Positions 38,790 through 49,837 of a stretch of DNA of 64,000 nucleotides are shown here, piece after piece. The position numbers were made by a program, and so were the translations under genes. The stretch covers positions 124,001-188,000 of the forward strand of contig MU058418.1 of the NCBI GenBank assembly GCA_013265495.1. Direction: 5' to 3'. The notes below the pieces were generated by a model. That model made no database searches, was not told where the DNA came from, and saw only the letters and a program-made list of their open reading frames with translations. Position 1 is the first letter of the stretch; each line of letters begins with the position of its first letter. The DNA is from Vicugna vicugna (taxonomy: Eukaryota).

Positions 38790-39767
38790 CTTCCCAGAAA
38801 TAAACCCATGCTCTTACGATCAATTAATCAATGACATAGGAGGCAAGAATATATAATGGACAAAAGACAGTCTCGTCAATCAGTGGTGCTGGGAAAACTT
38901 GACAGCTACATGTAACAGAATTAAATTAGAACATTCTCTAACACCATATACAAAAATAAACTCAAAATAGATTAAAGACTTAAATAGAAGACTGGATATC
39001 ATAAAACTAAAAAAAAACATAGGCAGAACACTCTCGACAAAATTGCAGCAATATTTTTTTGGATCCATCTCCTAAAACAAAGGAAATAAAAACGAAAATA
39101 AACAAATGGGACCTAATTAAATGGAAAAGTTTTTGAACAGCAAAGGAAACCACTGACAAAATGAAAAGGCAACCTAATGAATGGCAGAAAATATTTGCAA
39201 ATTACACGACCCATAAGGGGTTAATATCCAACATATAAAACAGCTCATACAACTCAACATCAAAAATACAAACAACCAGATTAAAAAATGGGCAGAAGAA
39301 CTGAATAGAAATTTTTCCAAAGAGATTCAGATGGCCAACAGGTACATGAAAAGATACTCAACATCACTAATCATCAGGGAAATGCAAATCAAAATCACAA
39401 TGAGATATCACCTCACATCTGTCACAGTGGCTATCATTAAAAAGAACACAAATAACAAATGTTGGTGAGGATGTGAAGAAAAAGGAACCCTCGTACACTG
39501 TTGGTGGGAATGAAAATTGGTGCAGCCACTGTGAAAAACAGTATGCAGGTTTCTCAAAAAACTACAAATAAAACTACCATATGACCCATTAATTCCACTC
39601 CTGGGTATATATCTGAAAAAAAAACAAAAACACTAATTCAAAAAGATAACATGCACCCCCAAATGTTCACAGCTGCATTATTTACAATTGGCAAGATATG
39701 GATGCAACCTAAGTGTCCATCACCAGAAGGATAAACAAGATGTGATACATATATACAACTACTCAGC

Positions 39768-39800
<33 letters not shown>

Positions 39801-40705
39801 ATGAATATTCTGCCATTTACAACATGGATGGACTGAGAGGGCATTATACTAAGTGAAATAGGTCAGACAGAGAAGGACAAATTCCGAATGATATCATTTA
39901 TATGTGGAATCTAAAAAAATACAACAAACTAGTGAATATAACAAAAAAAGAAATAGACCCACGGATATAAAGAACAAATTAGTGGCTACCAGTGGGGAGA
40001 GGGTAGGGGGAGGGACTTAAGAGACAAACTATTAGATATAAAATAAGCCAAAAATATATATTGTACAAGGTGAGAAATAAAGGAAATATTTTTATAGTAA
40101 CTAAAAATGGAGTATAACCTTCAAAAATTGTGAATTCCAGGTAGACGGAATAACATGCGCAAACACTTGGAAGTACGATAGTACGTGCCTTACTTTTCTT
40201 CTACAGAGAAGAGTTTGGCTTGACTGGCCATAGGATGACAGTGATAGGTTGGAGACCACAGTACTGACTCTGCCTGCTATGCTCTGACACTACCAGATAC
40301 CCTCATGGCTTAAAGTCACTTCATTCAGATCTCTGTTCGAATATTACCTCATCAAAGAGAGTGCTTCCTGGATCAACTCACCCAAAATACTTTACACATG
40401 CGCATACATACACACATCGCTCCATCTCTCCCTCTCTTTATCTTGTTTTATTTTCCTTCATTATGCTTATGAACATCTCACATACGTTTGCTTATATGTT
40501 TAGTAACTTCTCCCTCAATAGACTATAAGCTCTAGTAAGCAGGGTTTTTAATATTTTACCATTCCAGCACTTACAACAGTACTCAATAAATACTAAATGA
40601 GTAGAAAGGTAGTTAAGCATTAAAAAAAATTGTGAATTACTATATTATACACCTGTAATTTATACATAGTATTATGCATCAAATATAGGTCAATAAAAAT
40701 TAAAT
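38790..40705 (+). mobile_element. L1 fragment (ORF2 3' part plus 3'UTR), interrupted at 40137-40624
   Basis: Degraded ORF2 (CCCAGAAATAAACCCA..., AAATGCAAATCAAAA...). The 3'UTR resumes at 40625 and ends in AATAAAAA. Confidence 0.9.
39768..39794 (+). repeat. (CA)n microsatellite inside L1
   Basis: Directly visible CA run. Confidence 0.9.
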
Positions 40706-40749
40706 TACTTAAGCAATTAAAAAGAAAAAGAAAGCTCTCTTCAACCTTG

Positions 40750-41420
40750 TGGAATCACAGGGCGCTAGCTTCTGGCTCAGCTCAGAGCTGGGCTTGTCCT
40801 CCGGGCAGCTCTCCCCACGTAGTCCTCCGAGGCACGGCTTCCAGCAGGTGTCGCCGCGCTGCCGCGCTGCCGCGTCCGTGCACCCTGCCCAGCCTGCTCT
40901 CACCGCGCCGGCGCCGACGGAAGGGGCGGGGCAAGGGCAGGGCGGGGCAAGGGGAGGGCGGGCCTCTGGAGTCCGGCAGTCGGCGCGGCCGGGTGTGGGG
41001 GTGGGGAAGAGGGAGGAGCGGCGCTGACGTACAGGTAACTGCTTCCCTGACGTGCCGTGCCCCTGACCCGCGCCCCCTTCTGTTGCCTCATCGCGCGCAC
41101 GTGTGAAATACCCGCGCGGAGAGCTCCTCTCCCCCGCCTGCGTTCCTGCAGATTCTCCGCGTGAGTCTCTCGTGTCCTTCCCCGGCTCGGCCAGCTCGGT
41201 ACGCCCCGTGGCCCCGGGGGCTGGAGGGGCCGGGGGATCCTGGAGGGCCGGGGTCGTCTGCCCCCGGACCCCGTTCACTCGCTGGCTCCAGATGCAGACC
41301 GGGAGCTCGAGGACCCTGGTGTCCAGTTTCCCTTGACCTTGAGGACCCGGGAAAGTTCGCAGCCTGCGGGGGTAGGGAGGGAGCAGTTCGTCAGCTTCCG
41401 CGGTCTCCAGGAGAAGGGAG
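40750..41420. promoter_or_regulatory. MTRES1: CpG-island promoter of MTRES1 (GC boxes, CRE-like TGACGT x2, E-box CACGTG)
   Basis: CpG-rich island ~6.6 kb upstream of the first coding exon. GGGGCGGGG at 40923, TGACGT at 41025 and 41048, CACGTG at 41098. Confidence 0.85.
40970..41034 (+). other. MTRES1: MTRES1 non-coding exon 1 (5' start approximate)
   Basis: Good donor CAG|gtaact at 41034/41035 inside the CpG island. The coding exon begins at an acceptor only 12 nt before the ATG, so an upstream exon is required. Confidence 0.65.
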
Positions 41421-41859
41421 AATTTTTAGTTGCAATTGACCTAAAAGCAAGTAGATCAGGTTCTCCATATGGAGTAGTAAACAGGCTCAGGAATGTGGGA
41501 TGATTCCAAATGTCCCGCAGGTCAAGGACAGCGTTGCCTCTGCGTTCCAGTCTTTGCCTTTTTTTTTTTTTTACAGCCTTTGGTTAGCTCACAGATTTTA
41601 TCTCTCTCCTGAAGCTCTCTAACCCAAAACTTCCTTCAGGCTTCCTGCCGTGATCATCCCCTTACTCAACGTTCACACTGTCGCCAAAGAAGTCTTTTAA
41701 AATGCACTCCTGTCAGATCACTTCCCTACTTAAGAACATGACTATAGCTGTCATGTTCTCTGGGTCAAGTCCAAACTCTGGTATGGCGGGCCCTTTGAGA
41801 TCTAGGCTCTTACCCATTAGTCCAGCCCCATCTTTGTTCTTCATTCTAATGCACTTTTC

Positions 41860-43690
41860 TGATCTACTTTAATTTCACAGTATTTAATTAAGCACTTACC
41901 ACGTGCCAGGCACTATTCTGGGCACTTGGGATTGAACAGAGGGAAAAAGCACAGGTAAACAGTTAATATTCTAGAAGGCAAGACATCAAAAAACAAAACA
42001 AAACAAAACAAAACCCTCCAGTAAATTATATACGATAGCAGGTAATAAGTGCTGTGGCGGAAGAAGGTAGAGCAGAGTGAGGGGCGATTGGAAGGGTAAG
42101 ATGCCTATTCAGTAGAGTTGGAATGAGTAGACCTCATTGAGGTGAGGGTGAGTTATCCTTGCAGATATCTGGGCTAAGAGTGTTCTAGGCACACCTGGAA
42201 CAAAGGCGTCCATCCCGAAGTGTGCCTGTTGTGTATGAGGGTCATCAGGAAGGAGCTGAGTGAGCCAGGTTGGGAAAGGCAGGAGATGAGGTCCAGAGAG
42301 GAAGCAGAGGGGCCAGATCACATAGGGCTGGAGGCTAAGGTAGGGATTTTGCTTTTCTCAGTGCTTTTGGAGTGTTTCGAGAAAAGGAGTGATGTGATGT
42401 AAATTACTTTTTAAAAGAATTGCTCTGACTGCTCTATGGAGAACACACTGGATCGGAGCCTTTGTAGTAACCCTGGTGATACAGATGGAGGCCTGAAGCT
42501 GTGGTACCAGTGGGAACAATGAGAAGAGAGGGGATACTGACCATATTTTGGAGATAAGGCAACCTGGATCTGGGTAGGAGGGAAAGAGAAGAGTCGAGAA
42601 TGACTGGAAGCTTTTGTTCTCAGGAGCTAGAAGGGTGGAATTACCAATACAGGAGATGGGGAAGGCCATGGGTAGAGTACATTTGGGGTTGGGGATATAT
42701 CAGAAGTTTGTTTTGGGGCCAATTAAGTTTGAGGTGACTGTTAGGCACCCAAATGGTGATGTCAAATAGGCAGTTGGATATGGTGTCCCAAGACCACCCC
42801 TAGGTTTATTGATTTCACTAGGAAGACTCAACAGGACTCAGCTGTGGGTCACAGCTATGATTTATTACAGCAAAAGACTACAGAGGACACCATGCCAGGG
42901 AGAAAATGCAAGTGACAAAGTCTGGAGGGACCTGGGTGCAGTCTTCCAAGGGCCCTCTCCCAGTGGAGCACACAGGACATGCTTAATTCCTCCAGCAAGA
43001 AATTGTGACAACATTTGTGAAATGTCTATCAGGAAAGCTCTTTAGAGACTCAGTGCCCAGTGTATTTATTGGGCTTTATAGGCACCCTGTACCTAGCCTG
43101 TACCAAAATTTCAGATTCCTAAAGGAAAGAGATATTCAGCATAAATCAAATTGTGCAAACAGTTTAGGCACAGTGAGCCACTCCTGTTGGTTCTGGGATG
43201 GCGAGAACCCTTCTGAAATCCAAGTTCCCAGACACCAGCCAAGGACCAACCTGGCGAGCAGACCTTTCCAAGGATAGCAGTCACAGGCCGCTGTACTAAA
43301 AGCCATGGAAATGTCCAGCATCTTGATACGCGTTTGTCAGAACTGTCTGACTGATGGAGTTGAGCTGGATGTAAAGGCGAAGAGGACCAGAGACTAAACT
43401 CTGGGGCCTGCAACATTAGGTGTTGGTGAGAAGAGAAGGAAGCAGCAAAGGAAGCCTGAGAAGCAGCAGTGGGTGAGGTAGGAAGACCGAATGAGCTGTT
43501 CTGGAAGCCAGGTGAACAAGAGGGGAATCATGAGTGGTTTCCTGTGCTGCTGAGAAGTCAAGTAAGATGAGGAGCAACAGATGACCTTTTTGGATTTGGA
43601 AAATGAGAGGCATTGAGGAGAGTACAGACAACCCTTTTGAGGAATTCTGTTGTAAAGAGAAGCAAGAAAAAAGGTAGCTGGGGTGGTGGG
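41860..43690 (-). mobile_element. L2 fragment interrupted by a MER21-like LTR (~42785-43290)
   Basis: Typical antisense L2 text (GTGCCAGGCACTATTCT..., TTAAGTTTGAGGTGACTGTTAGGCACCCAAATGG). Insert CCCAAGACCACCCCTAGG...CAGGACTCAGC. Confidence 0.7.
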
Positions 43691-45665
43691 GTTAAGAGAA
43701 GGTTGGTTGGTTGGTTGGTTTTTGAATAAGAAATAACAGCACGCCGATGGAAACGGGCCATTAGAAAGTGAAGAACTACTCTTATGACTTGATGTTTCCC
43801 CAAACCTCAGTTTCAGGCCACTTTTGCTATCAGAACTCAGGCATCCCTGTTCTGGGCTTCAGCCTGTGCAGGGTCCGGCCTCCTCTGGACCTCAGCTTTC
43901 ACTTGTGTTCCCTGCCAGCCGGGGTTACTTGCCCACATTCCACTTAAGTGGTGGTTCCTTGAGGACAAAAACTGTTTCATCCTAGGCTTAGCTGGCCACT
44001 TGGCATATGCGGGCAGGTGAGTGAGGGCATGGATGCAGGAATGGGTAGAATGCCCATTTCACTTCTGGAAAATAAATCTGCAAATGTTCACTGGTTTTTG
44101 TATGTGGTGAGCAGACTGGGGATGGGAAGGAGGAGTGGGGCACGGTTCCTGCCCTGTTACTGCCCTTAGAGTTTGAGAGATCAGAATAGTATAAAAGCTA
44201 CACAGCATTGGTACAGCGTGAGTTTGGAAAAGGGGATGTTGGTGTGGGCAGGGGAGGGTGGGTCTTGTGTGGAGCCTGGAAGAGGGGGAAGCCATACGAA
44301 AAGGACAGAAGCTTTTTTTTTAAAGGATGGAATCCTTTTTTCAAATTAAATGTAAGGAACCCCAGTTTTCAGCAGCACTGCTGCTCTGGTTGAAGAGGCT
44401 CTGGGCCCAGTTAGGCCTCTCTCCTAAGCCCTCCCACTCCTCTGACCAGGTTCAAAGCTGAGACATAGCCTGGGTTCTCAGACTCCACCCCTGTGGCCCT
44501 GGGTGTCCACTGTTAACATCTGCTAATGGTCATGATCTCCAGCAAAAATTAGGTTAATATGTTTTTTCAGTTTTATGTTCTAAACCTCCAGTATTTCTCA
44601 GTGTTTGCCTGCTGGAGAGTGAGGCAGATTGCACAGAGAGGGAGTTATTAGCCAACAAATTCGAAGGTAATGCTTAGCTTGACATTTTGGTTACATTTAT
44701 TGTAATTACATGTGAATGTGATATGAAACAGTTACTTGGTGCTAGTAAAAGTTTCCTAGTGTAGATGAATATCACTGTGATATTCACGGAGAAAATGGGA
44801 CAGCAGTGTGGTGTAAAGGCAAGATGGGGTTGGGGGAGGCATGTGGGAGGCCAGGACTGACAGAGACAGGGCTGCCTTCCTCCAGGATGTCTCCTCTTAG
44901 GATTTCCTCCATGTGGGGCAACCCTTCCTCCCACTCCTCTACTACGGAAACTGTCCATTCTCTCTATCCGTATTGCAGTCGGTAAGGTTACCTTTTGTTC
45001 AAGAGAACATGAAAAATAAATGTCCTGGTGTTGCAGAAAGTGTAGTGGCCTTGATCGAGGAGCCAGGGAGCCTGGATTAGAACGTTTGGTACCTGTGTGA
45101 CCCTGTAACTGAGATGGGCTTGTTGGAAGGAATAAATAAGTTACTATGTAGAACAATGCCTGATCCATAGTCAACAACAGTGAGCATTAAGACGACTCGG
45201 CCTTGGAGTTCCCTGGCTGTGTCATTTACTAGCTGTACGACTTAGCAGATTGTTAAATTGCTGCAAGTCTCATTTGTACTCATCTGGAAAATGAGGGACC
45301 TGCACATAGCCTTGAGAGGCTGCCCTTTTCATCTCTGCAGACACATATGGCATTTTGAGTGTTATTAACTGGGGTAGACTATGCAGCCAAATCCTGAGCT
45401 CCAAGGCATACGTGGGGCCTTTGGCATTATACCTGATAGCAAAAAACACTTTGCTGAAGTCACTTAGACCAGTGTTTTCAGACTGTTTTTTTAAAATTGA
45501 TAGCCACGGCAAATACGTTTTCATGATGACAGAGTGTGTGTGTATGTATATGTGTATGTATGTAACTATAACCAAAGCCTCATGAGGCAGTAGTTACTCT
45601 TACTATAAGTGACGCACTGTAATATTTTCTATTCTCTTCAATTTCTGCTTCTTAAAAAGTAAAAA

Positions 45666-45784
45666 AAAAATTTTTGGTTTTTTTTGGGGGGTGATAATTA
45701 GGTTTATTTATTTACATATTTATTTATTTTAACAGCAGGCAAGGGGATTGAACCCAGGACCTTGTACATGTACCGCTGAGTTAT
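45666..45784 (-). mobile_element. Degenerate tRNA-derived SINE in MTRES1 intron 1
   Basis: GGGATTGAACCCAGGACC and TAATTAGGTTTATTTATT motifs, flanked by AAGTAAAAA repeats. Confidence 0.75.
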
Positions 45785-47658
45785 AAGTAAAAATTTTAAT
45801 AATGGCTCATGACTCATAGTTAGAAAAATGCTAACCTAAAGATAGGCAAATCATCATTATTAATGCCAGTCATCATCTTCTCCATTACATGAGCATCTTA
45901 TAAACCAGTCTGGTCTAGGCCCAATAGCAGGTAGTGATTTCAGCCAGGGGTGTCTTGGCCCATAAGGTAGACATCACTTGGATAAATTCTAATGAGTCTA
46001 GACTGTTGGCCCAACAGAAGTCCTAAGACTGATGATAGAGAGCTCTGACCACGTTCCTGTGTGTTCTGGGTGGGAAGGTGTGAAAGGCTCTGCTTGTGAG
46101 TAGATTATTTTTCTGAAAATTTTACTCTGTGAAGGATATATGTCATCATGTTAACAGTGGTTATTACAGAGTAGATTATGAGTGGTTTGCATTTTCTTTG
46201 CTTTTTTTTTCAGATTTTCTACTATAAAAATACTTTTCATATATAATAATTGAAATTTCCTCTCAAAAATTATGGTAATAATAGTGGTAATTACTACTAA
46301 AAAATCCTTACTTGGCAGAATAAAGGATAAACAAATCTTTACATGGCAAAGCAAAAAGTAGTCCTTCATTAGGTAACTTTTAAAAAAATTTTGATTGTAG
46401 TGGTTCATGAAATACAAAGTCTGGGAAGTAATGAAATATACTAGTTTCTTCCTTTATTCCGCATGTATAAAGTTTAAAGTTCTTTCTATGAAAGCTTGTT
46501 ATTCATTCACTATTAAATTAGATAAAATATGTATAAAAGTAATTTCTGTTTCTCTTTAAGGTGCTCCAAGTAATTTCTAGTCAGTATTTTACTCTATGAA
46601 TTTTATAGCATTTAAAAATTATTTCAAATTATGGTTATGTTGAAACACAGCCCTACTGAGCCTGCTTTATTTCTCATTAAAGAATCAGATTGGGGTCCCA
46701 AGAGCAATGAGATACAGAGTAGAGCTTATGTTGTCTGCCTCATTCATGCCAACAGAAATAAGGCCCAAAATGTTAACAAATATAATTGGAAGTAGCTACC
46801 TATGTGCTTTCGAGTAGGCTTACAGGTAATTACTGTTGTCAGCTTTATGATGAATGGAAAGTACGGAGGAAAAATCACGCTGATCATTATCAAAGAAATC
46901 AGTCTGAAAGTATAGCCTTGGCACAAGGGAAAGTTTGCCACAGCCTTGAAGTATGAGGATTTTGACCATATGGCAACCCTTCTTACATTACTAAATCATG
47001 GTCTCCAAAACCATCTTGAGGTACTGGGGGAGGTCTATCACCATCGTAGTAAGAAGGTTTCTGCTGCCTTTGTGATCATATAGGAATTGGTTGCTCTGTG
47101 GCATGTCAGCACCTCAGTGCCTCAGGAAATAGTTACCTAGTTTGTGGATCCAATTTGCTCATTCCTAGCTCTGGTTTGTTGGGGTTGGAGGTTGAAATAA
47201 AGTTTAGAGATTCACTCTGGGTTTTATAAAGTCATGATCTGGTGTCCCCAGCAAAGTCAATATTGTAAGAATGTAACGTATGTCAGTAAATAGTCTTTCT
47301 TGCCGTGAGATTTTCTTTTTTAAAATATATCATTGAGAACTATTGTTAATATTTTTCAGTAGCAGTCAGTACCAAAGCTAATTGGGAGGTGGGGGGTGGT
47401 GAAGAAGAGTAGAACCAGTGTTTTCACACATATGAGTGTCTAGTTTGAACTTCATGACCACCCTATGATGTAAGCATGTTAATTACAGCTAGAAGACTCA
47501 CCTAGTACGTGCAGACCAATATGGCCTTTTGTAGGGGGAGCATAAGTACAGGACTAGATATAGTGTTCATGGTGTGTATGGTTCATGTTGTAAAAATGCC
47601 AGCATGCCGCACTGGTGAAATAAAACTAAGTTATTGTCTGTCCTAGGTTATATGTGCC

Positions 47659-48128
47659 ATGGCTATGACCAGTGTCAGATTGCCCACCTGTGCTTTTAGA
47701 AAGCCAGATGCCTGGATTGGACTCTGCCGAGTGCTGCAAGGGACACCGTCACACAAACCCTGTGCTTCCTGGAATCGATACTTATATTTTTCTAGTACCA
47801 AGTTAAATGCATCAAATTATAAAACACTTTTCCATAACATTTTCTCACTGAGACTCCCAGGGCTTTTAGTATCTCCGGAATATATTTTCCCATTTTCCAT
47901 AAGACTCAAAAGTAATGTAAGTTCTAAAAAGTCCACTAAAAAGACTCTGCAAAAAGTTGAAGATGAAGAGGAATCTGAAGACGAGAGAGATCGTAGTGAG
48001 ATGAGTGAACAGGAAGACGAGACCGAGGATGACCCCAGTGTGGTCAAAGACTATAAAGACCTGGACAAAGTAGTGCAGTCTTTCCGGTATGATGTTATCC
48101 TGAAGACAGGTCTGGATATCGGAAGAAA
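47659..48128 (+). CDS. MTRES1: MTRES1 (C6orf203) coding exon 1: mitochondrial targeting-like N-terminus, acidic tract, start of S4-like RNA-binding domain
   Basis: Acceptor cctag|G at 47647 and gccATGG. The translation MAMTSVRL...VQSFRYDVILKTGLDIGR is recognisable as C6orf203. Donor AA|gtaagt, phase 2. Confidence 0.95.
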
Positions 48129-48499
48129 GTAAGTGTGTGGTTTTTATTACAAAGTCACTTTCGTGTCTTACTGGTTATTTTAAAGCAGTGTTACAGTCCC
48201 ATGGCTCATGTTACCTTAAGAGTAACTATAGGTGTGAAAGGACTTTATAGGTAACCTGTTTCAATTATTTTATTCTATAGGTGAGAAAATTTCCAAAGAA
48301 GTCAGGTGACTGCCTGCAAATCCCACGTGCTGTATTTCCTTGATTCTAAGACATAATCAACTGTAAAATGAACCATTGGTGTAATAACAGCTTCTTGAGG
48401 AAAAAAGGAATCACCATGTTAGATGTACATAGCAAGCTTAGAATGTACATGGGTTTCACAAATGCTGCAGCGTGAGAAGGTACCTCTTGGAGTCAACGG

Positions 48500-48745
48500 A
48501 AGCAGTATCACATGGTGGTTAAGAACGCAGGCTCTGTAGCCAGACTACTGGGGTTTCCATCCTGGTTCTGTGTATGACCTTGGACAGCTTACTTAAAATC
48601 TCTGCAGTTTCCTCATCTGTAAAATGGGGGTAACAGAACCTGCTTTAGAAGTGGTGGGTAGGATTGAATAAGTTATCTCTCTTATCTGTCTAAGGCATTT
48701 ATAACAGTGCCTGGCACATAGTAGGTCCTCAATATATGTTAGCCA
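48500..48745 (+). mobile_element. MIR SINE (other MIR copies near 2770-2960, 4850-4970, 15640-15890, 16580-16790, 60740-60950, 62170-62340)
   Basis: Core CAGTTTCCTCATCTGTAAAATGGGG and ACAGTGCCTGGCACATAGTAGG. Confidence 0.8.
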
Positions 48746-49764
48746 TGATTTTGAAAAAAATACTATGTGCGTTCATATGTAGTGCATAGAGCTACTAAGT
48801 GTAACTTTCAAGATATCTTTAATATTCTCATTCTTTCTCTTCTAGACTAATTATATAAGAATAGTGATCCCCATAGTTTGTTCATTTCTTTGCAGTCATT
48901 GCATGCATACTGCATGCAAGGTAAGAATTGTGGTATGAATAATAAATTAAGAAAGATTCCCTTGTGTAATTTGTACCTTTATGTCCTAATATAATGGCAT
49001 CATTTAATTTTTCAACCCATGAAGCTTAAGGACTCATAAAGATGACCCTGAGCCTACAGGCACCCTGATTGGGACTTGCATTTTCTCTACAATCTGGCAA
49101 GCTCATAAGGGGCCTGTCCATCTCTCAGAGTAGTAACTGACACTGTTCATAAGCAGAACCCCAGATGTCAGTTACCTGGAATCAGAGCATTAACAGGAAC
49201 GAGATTTTTGTCCACGTCCTCCCCTGATCTCGTTGCCCACTGATTAAATTTAGGAAGATCAGCTGCTGCTGGATTGGAATTTCCCCAGCCTCAGTGCAGA
49301 TTAGCAGAGGATTTCTTAATAACCTCACCATACATGTGGTGCCTGGGTTTTCTCTCAGAGCACGTGCAGGGAAGGGAGTGCCCACACATTCTGGCCGTTG
49401 TATATCATGGGAGCTACCACCTTGAAGGCGGTTGTTGGGGAGGGAATCAAGTGCAGAACACTGGCCGGCCAGTTAACACATGAGCTAACCTGCTTGGGAG
49501 CCCCAGCAGAGCGCTGGTTATCTGGTTCCCAGCACCAGCAGATCTCTGCCATGGGCCGGCATCCATTGGGAAATGCCCTTTGGTTTCCCTGTTCAGATAC
49601 ATAAGGGAGCAGTTGGCTTTCACTTTCTTCGTACCCAGAATGGAGATTCTGCAGGGATGTTGGTCCCTGTCGGAGTAAGCATTAACAGTAGGCATTTTTC
49701 TCAAACCTGTATAATTGTTTTGAATATATTTCTATTTTAAAGCACTTTGACTTTTTTTTTTAAG

Positions 49765-49837
49765 CAAAGTGGAAGATGCATTCTACAAAGGTGAACTCAG
49801 GCTGAATGGGGAAAAATTATGGAAGAAAAGCAGAACG
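49765..49837 (+). CDS. MTRES1: MTRES1 coding exon 2 ((N)KVEDAFYKGELRLNGEKLWKKSRT)
   Basis: Poly-T acceptor taag|C completes the AAC codon. The exon is 73 nt with donor ACG|gtgaga and an S4-like motif. Confidence 0.95.

Noticed and set aside
40709..41439. ORFs up to 189 aa at the MTRES1 promoter
   Set aside because: Same CpG-island artefact, with no recognisable domain.
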